Of a stretch of 64,000 nucleotides of DNA, positions 24,701-37,400 are shown one piece after another. The DNA is from Ophelia neglecta. Taxonomy: Eukaryota. Made by a program: the position numbers and the translations under genes. The notes under the pieces are model-generated. The model was given only the letters and a program-made list of their open reading frames with translations, did no database searches and was not told where the DNA came from. The DNA lies in contig OZ260661.1 of assembly GCA_965285935.1 (NCBI GenBank), positions 49,972,001-50,036,000 on the forward strand, given 5' to 3'. Positions within the stretch are counted from its first letter, which is position 1; each line of letters opens with the position of its first letter.

Positions 24701-27700
24701 ATGTTATCAACACTCCGTTTGATTGAAGGTAAAGGTAATGAAGATAAGCGAGGCCAGCCCATTACCAATGGAGTAGCCGAGAAGAGTTGGCTTTACTTAA
24801 ATGGACAGCCAGTAGTATGCACTCGGCAAATGGAAGTAGCTTCAATGGTCTCGGGAATCAACCCAGCAATTAATGCCACGATAGATAGTGTTGAAATGGG
24901 ATCAGTACAGCAGGTATTTAGCTTTATGCTGGGTCACACAACAAAAACGCTTCCCTGAGTTTGCCACAATTTTATCACGATACATGTATATCAAGATTTC
25001 TGATTGTAAACTAATTTTAAAATTTTGCCCTAGTCTGTTAGTTATGTAGTACAGAAGCCATGGTCAGTTTCTCAAACATTTTTTTCTTTTTATGAATAGC
25101 TGCTTATACTTTATTGTCCTCAAGAACCTAGCATGAGCAACAATTACCAACAGAACTGAATGGAACAATAGCAGTAGTACAGAAGCCATGGACAATTTCT
25201 CAAAATTTTTTTTTATAAATGGCTATTTATACTTTATAATATGATATACAGTAATACCTGGAGTTACCACAAACTTCCCCTTAAAACTTGGAAGCCCATA
25301 ACTGTGAATTTATTTTCTTTGCAGGAGTTGCTTTGGCTTCTCTATGATATGGGTCATCTAGAAATGTGAGTATTGAGCAAAACAAAAAACTTGTGACTTG
25401 TAGACTTCACTGTTTTTATCTCTTTCAAGCTGCTTTGGTACATTAGTTTCTGGTATTTCAAAGAGTTATTTAGAAATAGTTTTAAGTTCACCAATGTATG
25501 GCTATTGGGCATATAAAACAAAAATTAAAATCAAGGTATAAATGAAAATCTGTGAGTGATGGGTTCGACCCCAAATTGTGCCTTTTGATGTTATTTTACC
25601 TCATTCAACAAAGCAGAACAATTTGAGATTTCTTCACCAAATTTTATGTTTCTTATTTCCATGTCTGCAATAATATTGACGTCATTGAATCAAATTTGTT
25701 GGTACTGAAGACTTTTGCATCGCTAATATCTTGTTGGCATTAGCTTCGAGTGGTATTTGAACCTATTGAATTGTTGTGCATTTCACAGGTATCCTATGGC
25801 TATTGGAAATCTGGGTGATTTGGAAGAAATTTCTCCGTCAGCAGGACGACCATCTGCAGAAGTTTTGTTTTACAAAGCTATTAACTCCAACCGCAAGTAC
25901 TACAGCAACATGCATGTGTATCCATACACCTACTTAGGTGGATACTACTACAGGAGAGGGATGTTTAAGGAGGCCATGCGCAACTGGTCGGAGGCAGCCC
26001 TAGTGATCAGCAAGTAAGTTCAGGGACATTAACTATTAATGTAGACTGGTAACCCAATGAATATGACTTGGCAAAGAAGAAAATACATGTATGTATGTGG
26101 GGACAAATGTATGTCTGTCTGTGTATATATCTGTGTTGCTGGAAAGAATTGTATGCATAACTATATGAATGTGCATATAATTTAACATGTGTACTGCATG
26201 AATTGTTGTCACTGTAAGTAATGGGGCCCTAGATTGCATCCTCTTGTAATGTATCAAATGTATGGCTGCATTTGTATGTATAGGATATGTACAATATAAA
26301 ATTATCTGTGGTCAGCTGTTTTTCAGGATATTAGACATATTTCCACGACACATTCACTAGTTTCTCTTGTTCCTCAAATGTTAGACAAAAACAAATTTTC
26401 TTTTGCACCATTGGTCATGGATAATTGCTTTCTGATGAAGCAGTACCATCTAGCAAGGTGGAAGATACTCGTCAAGACGTGTTAATGACATGTACTTTGT
26501 TCTTTTTGGCTTTGGGCCCCACTCCTCTTAGTATTGATTATGTTGTGTTTTTGAGTAGGGTGTAAGGCAGGACATATTCCTCAAAATGCAGATCAATCGT
26601 CCACCATTCATAAGAATAATCATGCTTGTGAAATACACTGAATTTGTTTGTCCTTTCTGTGTGTTAAATAACTACAATAACTTGATTTTGGACTAAAATA
26701 TGTTGTGTTTTTTTCCAGGTATAATTATAACCGTGAAGATGAGGAGATATACAAGGAGTTTCTTGAGATTGCCAATGAAATAATTCCACACATAGTCAAA
26801 ATGGCAGCTGATTGCCAGCAGTCCCTGCACCATTCAATAAACAATGGAGATTCTCTGTGTGAAGCATTTAGTCGGGCGGCAGCCCCCATATTAAAAGACT
26901 CTGAATGTTATTCAATGCTGCTTAAGTTTTATGATGGAATCTGTGAATGGGAGGAAGGAAGTTCGACCCCTGTTCTTCATATAGGCTGGGCTAAAAATCT
27001 GTGCTTCTGCCTATCAAAATTTGACGGACTGGCAAGGGAGAGTCTGAAAGTTCACTGTCAGGGGGAGGCTTCTGATGAAGAATCAGAAAATGACCCGGAT
27101 GAAGAATCAAAAGAAAATTCTGTGCAGAATTCTGTACCCCATATTAATGATCAAGCCGATGATCTCACGGAGAACACACAAAAAGAGAAAGAACATAAAC
27201 ACCCGGGTAGACCCAAGAAACGCAAGCGACCGGCTGAACCAGAAATTAATCACAACGAAGGAAACAAACTGTCCTATTCAGATTCTCACAGATCTGTGGA
27301 TGATAAATCTCAGATGGATTGCTATTTGTCCAAAAATCAGTCAGAAGAAGAACAAATCAAGTCTACCATCGAAGAATTGGCATCCAAGGTTGGTGAAGAA
27401 TCTCAAGGAGAAACTCCCAATCCAAACATAGCAGCCTTGGCGCAGGCCTGTGGTGAATCTATCCTCAACCCAGAATATCTTCTGGGAGTAGGAGAACCTT
27501 TCACCACCATCACCACATCTTCATTTACAACCACGACGGACTCCAAGGTTGACTTCCACGAGTTCCTAAGTACGAAAGCAAATAGCAGCCCCTTTCCCGG
27601 CATGAGTATGGATTCTGTGCTGACAGCTGACAGTCCGGCAGACATGTTAGTATGCAAGTCAGGGACAGTCAGCGAAGGTGTACTATCAAATTTAGTCCTT

Positions 27701-27943
27701 GATACAAAAAACCCAAATTCCAAAGTGGACTGCACAAAATCAACTCCAGCAAATTTGAACCTTCGCAGTGCCAAAATGATGGGGTTGAAGAACTTGCTGG
27801 TGGCCGAGAAATTAAATGTGAGTGCCATCAAGCTCCAACTAACTGCACAATCCCAAGTTCATCTCAAACACAGCAAGGTGAGTGGCACCAGCGGCTATGG
27901 TTTTGGTATGCCTCGGAAGAGAACACGGAGAGACAGGGAATAA
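21770..27943 (+). CDS. MEN1: Menin, 6 coding exons, 747 aa
   Basis: Exons 21770-22184, 24308-24460, 24729-24913, 25325-25365, 25789-26013, 26719-27943, phases consistent (2244 nt). Motifs: [122 protein letters not shown]. An in-frame upstream ATG lies at 21743; the caagATGGCG start at 21770 fits the known N-terminus better. Confidence 0.96.
23270..23545 (+). mobile_element. Probable non-autonomous DNA transposon in MEN1 intron 1
   Basis: GC-richer island with internal inverted GACCCT/AGGGTC motifs in an AT-rich intron. Ends are approximate. Confidence 0.35.
25046..25237. repeat. ~65-bp imperfect direct repeat in MEN1 intron 3
   Basis: GTAGTACAGAAGCCATGG...TTTCTCAAA...TTATACTTTAT at about 25046-25113 and 25174-25237. 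Confidence 0.75.
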
Positions 27944-30900
27944 AGATAGCATTGTTTGGAAAGACCCAATATAGAAGACAAACACTTGAATTAACTTATT
28001 TTTATGTTGTCGAACGCTCTGTTGCCATTAACCTTAAGGGATAGCATTATCCAGGATGTAGTAGTGTTGTTTATTAGAACTATCTTACTAATAAGTAGTA
28101 TGGATCTATTAAGATTCGGTTATTCTAGAAAAGTGCTTGCTGAAATGATCTTAGTTTATTTGGTGTGTTATACGTAGAACCTGATTCAGAGCACATTCGT
28201 TTTGATTGATAAACTACAATCCACAGACTAGGGCGTTCCAACCATTTATGTTGTACATTCATAATCAATATCCAATTCATTCTTCTAGGGTGTTAGGGCC
28301 AGGCTTTATTGTGTTTAAAATTGGGTTAGCCTATTTGTGTATAGGCAGATATATGATTACTGGTACGTAGCATTATTAATGGTTTGTTTATCATTTTGAT
28401 CTCAAGAGTTCATTCAAAGCACAATAAATAGGCAGGCTTCAGAAAAAAGTAATAAGTACCCCATTAGGTTAAGTTTACTCAAATTAGGTGTTTTAATGTA
28501 ATTGTTCATGAAAAAATCCACATTTGCTTCATAGATGTGTTCCATATTATAGAAGGATAGATGTGTTCCATATTATACAAGAAGTTGAGACTATCTCGAC
28601 TGGTAGTGTGAAGGCCAATGCATATGTTGAAGTTTAACAGGGTTTCTACATAACATGCCAATTTATTATGTACATGTAGGTTAGTTAGACCTTGTGGGTG
28701 TATATTCCTATTGTTAATTGATAAGCAAAGAACGCGAGATATTTTCTTTCTCAATTTGAACCGGTGAACAGAGTTTTATATGCCTGTACAGCTGACAGAG
28801 CCGTGGGGCATGTTGAATTATATTTTTGTGTAAGAAACCATGGACTGAACAGTCCATGGTTGTTGTTAAGCCATCGTGGTTTTGAGGGTTCAAACATGTA
28901 CATAAACAGCTTGCTATCCTAAAGCTACCGGTAATGTAAATATGTATAAATGTCGTGTTTTACCATGTTTACTGTAGTGTTTGTCATTAAAGTACATGTA
29001 GCTTGTAAATAAAGCATTATATTTATAAGAAATGTTGCATTTAAAACTCATGCCGGTATTGCATTTGAAAGTAGTTATGTGGTTAAGTTAAATATAAGCG
29101 CACTGCCTACATTTCACTGTAGCACTACTGGTATCTTAGGCTGCTGTTGTACTGTGAGGTATTCTGTGAGGTATACTGCTAGATCAGCTCAGGTCTGACA
29201 TCTGTGTTAGACCTTATGCAGCTTTACTGGAAGAAAAGGTGTATGATATAAAGTTCCCCGAGTCCAACAATTAAGAGAAATAGTCTTAAGAATTTGATAA
29301 TTACTATACTTGATTTGAAATGAAATGGGTATTTTATACAAATTTGGAGTTATTCATTAAGGCAGCCACCATAAATTATATTTTGCACAAACTGTTAGTT
29401 GTATTCATGCCATATTTGTGGAATGTTTCATGCGTTATCGACCAAGCGTTTTTCATGTGGGATCAGAGTGGGACGTTAAGTGGACAAATGCAAAATAATA
29501 GGCCTGGTACTTGATGTGAACTCTGCACTAACTGTATTGATATTGTACTTCTTGGATTACTTTATAAGTCGCACGTCTCTTCTTAAACCACTCACAGCTT
29601 TTATATCTATGCAAATATTGTTCAGCACTGATTAAAATTTGTGCTATGGTTTCTTTGTCCAAGCCAACCACTACTGAAGTTAAATTGCAAATATTCGGTA
29701 TTATCTTTGTATAGCTTTTTTTGATGGCTGCTTGTATTTGACCTTCATCTTCAAGGTCATATATCAATCCAGATAAATGTATAATAATGTTCAACATATT
29801 AATAATGTTGAAATCACAAATCGAAAGTTTCAGTTTAGATTTTAAAACGAAGTAATTTTAGAAATTGTGTGTTGGTAATCTTAATTTTAATTCATTGTTT
29901 AGTTATTTGATGCACATAAAGGTTTCGGATTTAACAATCTATTGATAGATTTTCAACTTTGTAGCTAGTTGAATTGACATTGCTATAAGTCATTTGTATA
30001 TCATGGTATTTACAGGTAGAATGGAAGAAAAAGTCATGTAATGCTATTTCCAATTTACTTTTCTGTGCCAGTTTGTGTTTGGCCATTGCAGTTAATTTGA
30101 ATTTATTATCTTAGGCGTCAGTGTGATAGCATGTAGTTGTATACATTTTATACACTGTTGATTGTGCTATTTAATGACGCTATTCACCAATCCATTCTTT
30201 TAAAACTCAAATAAGTGCCAAGATATGCTTTTTGGTTATTGTGACCCGTTGACTGTGCTTTTCTGTACCAGACAGGTGACTATGCATGTAGATATTCGCC
30301 TAACCTGCCAGAAATGGCAGGCACCAGATCCAACAATTCTGTTCCAAATCTGTTGTAAAATACTGAACAACTTGAGCTTGTTTAAAACATACTTTTGTTC
30401 AAATAAAAGTTTAATTTATCAAAGCCATAAATATTATAAAAAAATAAAAACAATTCATGAAACCCAAGAAGTTGTTTTTTGAAAAATGTGTATAAATAGT
30501 TTCAAGTATTGTGAGGACATAAAAAAATGGCATGTCTGGGCACAGTTGTATTGAAAATTGTATTAATTTACATTTATTTGCTACCACTTAATGTTTTGAA
30601 GCCTTTTACTTCTTTATCCTCCATTGTCTGTCAAAAAAACATTCTATATCCAAGTTCATGTGCAAATTTTAAGACAATTGTATGTCGTAACATGTTGCAT
30701 TTGGGGTGCTGTGCATTTCATATCATTGGATTTAAAGTGCCCCTCAATTGTATTTACCTGCAAAATCACATGTTCACAAGGATTGATGTCTAGTGTGATG
30801 GCCCGTCAGGTTTGAATTAGGCTTGAAGGATGGTTTGAAGTATCTCTCTTTTTTATCTAGTCCATGACCTGCTCTTATATAAGCAGTCACCAATGTATCG

Positions 30901-32065
30901 TGCTAGCATTTTCCTTGAATTATCCAAGGCCTTAACTTAGAAATATTTACCTGTATACATCAGAAAAGTTTCTGAAATTATTGAATGTGCTGAAGACACT
31001 AATTATGGTAAGTTTTGGCAAGCAGTGTTGAAAACTTGATCGAGGCATGTATTGTACGAGTAGAAACATTATAACTTTCTTTATTGTGTAGGTGGCAATA
31101 AATTCTGAGATTCAAATATTGAAATTATTTTTTGAACCATCAATCTGTGACAGTGAGTCACAATCCAGGTTATGGGTGGAATATTAATCAGTTGTATCAA
31201 CCATAATCAACATTTCCTTAAATTACCTTTCCTATAAGGTATTGAGATGAATTGAAATAGTTCATTGAAACTTGGAAATCATTGTTTGCCCCACAAATTT
31301 AAACAACCTGGGATAGATCTACATCAGGCTGGCTGCTATTACAGCAGGGTTTTATTTAGTTCGGTACATTCAATTGGAGATTACAAGAACAATGTTAATT
31401 ATTTTATGAATGTCTTGTTAAAAATAAGTGGAATTTTTTTTATTGAGGACTTTGGTAAAAACACATAATAAGGTACATTTGACACCTGTTTCACCATGGA
31501 TAGTACTTAATTCATTAATAATGGTAATCATGGCTTAAATTATAATATATTTTAAATGAATCAATAGATATAAATGTTTATGATTTGTAGTCTCTGATTT
31601 GGTCTGCACTTGAAACATATCCACTCATGAAAAAAATGTTCTTGCTTAGAAATACTAGTTTTAGGTCTGATTAGAATAAAAAAAAGTTGTTTATAAATAC
31701 AATGTGTGTTACTTATCTACTGCATAATAAATTATAAGTTAGCCTCTTTCACAACTTTTCTAGATCTAATCATAAAGCAGCTGTAAATTTTTTTCGAGTT
31801 TTATTAGTTCAATCTCCAGTTTGATTCAGTCTCCAGAAGAGTGAGATGCTCTGAAAATCCACTGGCACGGCCAATTAACCCTGTAGTTTAATAATTTAAA
31901 CACAATTACTTACGTCCCAGATAAGTTGTATGGATTTTCAAAATACTTTACACAGATTTGTTCAGGGATTGAATCTCAAGGCAGTGAGATGCCAGTTCAA
32001 CTATAAGTTGCTTGGTTCTTATTTTCATGTAATTGGCACTGCTAGACTTTCTAATAATAATATAA

Positions 32066-32067
<2 letters not shown>

Positions 32068-32101
<34 letters not shown>

Positions 32102-32130
32102 TATATATATATATATATATATAATATATA
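32068..32130. repeat. (AT)n microsatellite
   Basis: About 30 AT units with one interruption. Confidence 0.95.
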
Positions 32131-32280
32131 GATCTCTATTATGAAAAGAGGCAGGATATTTTTTTCTCATAGGGCCATACAGGCTATTCTTATCCTTAAA
32201 TGGAAATCCAAACCCACAAACTAATATAGTGATATTTGTATTAAACACTGGAACCCCAACGGCTGAATCGAACACAAATC

Positions 32281-32545
32281 ATTATTAATTTTTATACATC
32301 TATGGCCATACATGGGCTCCCAGGCTCGATAAGAAACTGCCTCTGCCTTACAATTACTTAAAAACTTAACAGTCTAACCAGCACCCATCAGCCACACGGC
32401 ATGTCAGGTTCAGACATTAGGTGTTTGGGGGAGAAACCACTCTCTCACACACAAGTAAATGATGTCTGACAAAGGGTTTTCTTGCCAGGATTTGAACCTA
32501 GCCAATGCTGGTGACAGTCCAGCCTGTTACCACCTCATCAAGAGG
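32281..32545 (-). mobile_element. Degenerate tRNA-derived SINE (second family)
   Basis: Minus strand has a B-box GGTTCAAATCC at about 32488-32498, an A-box-like stretch upstream, and an AT-rich tail at about 32281. Confidence 0.45.
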
Positions 32546-34418
32546 TTCCTGTTTGCTTCAACGCTACTTTAACTTGTGTGTTGTGCCCTTCCATGGCAGT
32601 TCTGTAAACATCTACCTGGTACCATGAAAATGTTCATGCCATTAGGTTATACACAATACTACTGCAGGTCACTGTTTCGAGATTACATACAGGCCTACAC
32701 ATTAGTAGTCTTGTAGTATAATATCCAAGTTTGCTATTCATTTCATACCCATCTTGCACACCTCTATGCCATCAGAGCATACTCAACATTATACCCATTT
32801 GTTTTGTACATAGAATGACTGAAATGACATGCGCATGCATTACTTTCATAATGAATTATTGAAACTAGGATCATAATGAATGTAATATGGCTAAATGAAT
32901 ATTCCAGTTTCTGTAAATACTCTTGCAGTCCAGTATATATAGAATCAGGCTTTGCAAAGAAATTCTAGCCAAATCAAAAGACTGGTAGTCTAAATAGGCA
33001 ACCAAGGTCACCATAAGATTTCTTGGTTAGGACTTCCTTTCTTGTGCCTTCAAGTCCTTCACTGCAGTTGACAAGATATCTGGTCCAAAATACCTTTGTT
33101 TACAAAAAAGTCAGCAGTAAATGAGTTAAGCTACAAGAATGCATTGCAATTTTAATGTTAAATAATTAAAATTATCTTTCTAGTCATTTTGTCATATTAT
33201 GCCAATTTATTTGAAGATATATTTCATAGAGGGGTGTAAGGAAGTCATGGGGTAGTCATGTAAGATTGGGCTAGCCGGCAGTTTTTTGAATTTTCTATAT
33301 ACTTTTGTATGTACATCGATTTACTTTTTGACCACTGCATATTTTGACAAATGAGCTGCACTAACCCAATCTTGGGCATTAGAATAAGCATAATTTATTC
33401 ATTTCATAGAATGTACAGGTTGAGTGGTTTTGAAAGTACATGTAGTCTGCAGAGTTAAGATCACAAAAAGAAAATTAAGTATAGTATGTGAACAAAATAT
33501 AATAACAGAACATATATTTTAAACACTGTTTTTAGTAAGAGAAAGTCAGCTAATTTTCAAATATTTCTTGGCAAAAACTGACACAAATTAAATTGTTTGT
33601 TCATTTTTCTTTGGCTTAGTCCAGTGTGATTTAATATCGAACAAGGTACATTTCACTACTTTAATTTCTTTACTCTGACACTTGACTTGTTCAAAATTTT
33701 ACAATAATAATGCATTTTCTGAAGTATTCTAAGGTTGTATGGAATTTTTGTGGCAATTTGTTTTACAGTACTATATATTACAACTTGTTGTAAATATTCT
33801 CTCATTTTTTATTAATATCAAACAGTTTTCATTAAAACACAACAAATAAGTCTGGATGAATCGTACGCAACAATACACTCACTTTAAACAATTTAACATC
33901 AATAATTCTCAATGCAATTTATAATCACTCATTAATATCCAAAGCAGGGCCTTTTACAAATACAAAGTTTAATGATTTATGTCAAACTGTGCAATTAACA
34001 ATTTTTCATACTTCAAATCAACTACTCTTGTTTTATTTATACAGCTACAAATATAATATTACTTGTCTATAAATACTCAAGGGAAACATTTATATGGCAA
34101 ATATTAAAAACATAAATATCACAGATATCAAAGTGTTAAGTTCTTTTAACAGGAACCAAATCTAAACAAACTGACCAAGACTGCCCAATTTCTTCCCAAC
34201 AAGAAATGCATGCTTACTAGTTAACTAGGCATGAGAAGCGGAGCACAACAAACACCGGTGAAGGAAACATGGCTTGATTACCTACAAGCTGACAGCATTA
34301 ATGGCAAGAAGTCATGCTATGGCATGACCTATTTTCAGATTGTACTTATGTCAATGCTGCAAATATGACTGTGCATCTATGGAGATATATATCCAAACCA
34401 AATAGTCTAGTGAAGATC

Positions 34419-37400
34419 TTAATGTGGGTCATTGATATTTTCTCCTTGCTCACAGAAATCAGGTTGGAATGTGTTGTTTTCTTTATCTGCGCTTGGAGAG
34501 GCCACCTCCTCCATACTGGACACCCGGTGGACTATCTGAGCATGCTCTGTAAGAAGTTCAGCAAGCTCTTTTTTCCTTTCCTCAGCAGACTTCTAAAAAA
34601 CAAAGTATCATATTTAAAAAAAAACAGCAACAGTTAATTGATATACTACCAGATATTTTATATTTTTTCTTTGTCAATGGACTTGAACTGAAAGCGAAAT
34701 AAAAGTCCAAAGAAAAGGGCTTAATTAGTATAAGTGGATTGTGGTAATTATTAATTTGTGTTGTCTGAATCTCCAAATTGTTCCATTCCTGCCATCCTTG
34801 TACATTTTCATTTATAGTAAAGAACAGCACAAAATAGGATTCCCAACAAGTTTGATGAAACTAATAACAATAATCATAATAATGATAATTATTATATGAT
34901 AATAAGTAATGTCAGTTGAAGCATTGAAGCTAATAAGCATGTAGCTGAAATACTAGTAGTTTACTAGTCCAAATTTTCTATTTATTTATCAGACCTTGTA
35001 GGGCCACTACTAGACCAATAACAAAGTGTTTGTTAATGACATGAAGCGATATAGCAGATAAAATGAGGAGACTCGGAAAAGGAAAGCTAAAATTAATAAG
35101 CATTACAATATCCAACAATTTTGATCAGTTTTTGACTTATAGGCAACCCATGCATTGTTAAGTTGAGCCTAGAAGTCATTCATGCTCACAAAGCACACAA
35201 CAATCTCTGACAAAGTGTTGCTAACATATTTCATTCTATTACTGTAATAGTAAAGAAATAATGTCTATTTAAAGTGTGTCAGTGCCATTTGCCATGATAA
35301 AAAAAAGCCTGGATCAATGTGTTCTCCAGTGTCTTTCTAGTACAGTTGACTGGATAAGTAACAAGTACCAAGTTTAATGGCTAAATGAGCACCCCTGAAT
35401 TTACTAATATAGTCAACTTGTGGATTGACACCAACCAAGGGACTGAAAATACTGGTCTGATTATAGAGGCAGTCTGTTGAGAAAGGTTATTTTTACACAG
35501 AAAGTGTACAGTATCTCTTGACAGTATGGTATCCATATTTAGTGGTATGAATAGGCAGGTGGTCTGAATATAGAGGTGGTCTTTAAGGCAGGTTTCACTG
35601 AATTTGTCATGTGGAAAATAACCTCCTACCATGCAGTGGCTCCACATTTTGCAAACCATGTTGGTTTTTTTTTTGCTTTAAGGGCATTGGATGCCTATTT
35701 TATTGATTACCGGCAGTCAGTTCTTCTGAGGGGCCTGGGCTTGTGTGCCTTCCTTCCGCCCTAACTAAATGTATGGGTGTGATGTTTATATCCACCTCAA
35801 GCCCACATGAGCACAACTCACTGTCATATGCCTACCACTCCTCTGTAATCTCAGCAGTACTTTAATTCTAGTGTGCCAAAAACAATTTTTTTTCTTTTTG
35901 GCCTCTCTGTCCTACAGTTCTCTGATTGTTTTGACTTCTATGCTGATGGAGAGATTGCTTACATTGGTATCAATGTCAACATTAGTCTTTGTTTGTGCCA
36001 TCTAAAAGGTGTTCAGCTCATGTTTCACAGAACCAACCATACAGATTGATAGTCTTGTCCACATCCTCTTTCATAGCTGCTAAGTACTGCATGCATTTTT
36101 CTTCTATCAGGTTATTTGTTCTAACTGCAGCAACTGTCAATTCATTACAGATTAGGAAGTACCAGTTCATGTAAACACAACCTACAAATGGTCACAAATA
36201 ATTAAGCCTATCTTACCAATCTTACCTATTTAAAAAAAAAGATTTTATGACAGAGAGTTTCGAATTCCGTATCTGTCACCCCTGAGCATTTGATTCATAT
36301 GAATACCCCAGTAGACCTACTCAGTCTTCAAGTCTCTCACTATTTATTAATCATCTTCTCAAAAGGCTGAACAAAGGCTGACCACCCAATGGGATTATCA
36401 GCCTTTGTCTTCAGCCACTTTAACTGAATCATAACTGGCAAGGGTCTGGTCAGTGGTTTAACTTTTTTCGTTTCCCTTTCTGGCACTCCCTCTTGTACCT
36501 TTCCCTTTCTGGCAATCCCTCTTGTACCTACCATATACTAAACTGACCATTGGTAAAGAGATGAATCATTAGCAACTAGCATTTTGATGGCTCTATCAGT
36601 ATCAATACCGAGTGAAGAAACAAAAGGCCTAGGGAAAAATCTAAATTACACCTTAGTATATTTCATATTTGAGTGCAGAATACGACTTTATTCGGTTGTT
36701 TTATTCAGTAAAATAATTTTTGGATCTTTCTTCCAGGGCTACTCTGAGAATAAAGTACAGTTGCCAATAAAATCTATTACTAATTAATTAATCACAATTT
36801 ATGCAGAATAAGTATGGGAGGGCAAAGCTTTTCCTGACTATAACAATATTTCTCCCAAGGTCCAGGGGTCCTTCAGCCCCTGCCCGATACAGCAAAATAC
36901 ACAGGTTAACATCTTATCGTAGTGGTCAGATATGACTGATTAGGGGCAAATATGTATATGTTCACAATATCCAATGTCCATGTTAGAACGACCAGTAATG
37001 CCTAAAGGTGTTTGCTCATGGCAGCAAGGTAAAGGGTGGTAGGGGACTTTAAGTGGCAGTATATCCCTAGTATAAACTACGGTGATATCTGCAAACAACA
37101 GTCAGACAACAGAGTGAGACCATTATTGGGTGCTCTGTAAGCAATTTTGTCACCTTGGTTCCAATACCGCTTCGACTGGCCTTTGTTGGTTTTAAAGAGA
37201 ATGAAACCTGTGCTTTGTGAGGTGTGCAAAATAGTTTCGGCAGCAGTTTTGGGCTCGTGTAACAAATCTGGGTGCCAGCAGGGTGGTTTCATTCTAATTT
37301 TTTGCAGCTTCATGTACAGTGAAACCTGTGAATTAAGACCACCAAAGGGACTTGGAAATGCTGGTCTGATTTCAGAGGTGGTCTGTTTATACAGGTTATA

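Noticed and set aside
27403-27831. 142-aa minus ORF and 118-aa + ORF (27075-27431) overlapping the MEN1 last exon
   Set aside because: Shadow frames of real coding sequence, with no independent splice or homology evidence.
33027-33094. Possible alternative terminal exon (YFGPDILSTAVKDLKAQERKS*) on the minus strand
   Set aside because: The acceptor is weak, no matching upstream donor was identified, and the gene already has a good terminal exon at 34419-34592.
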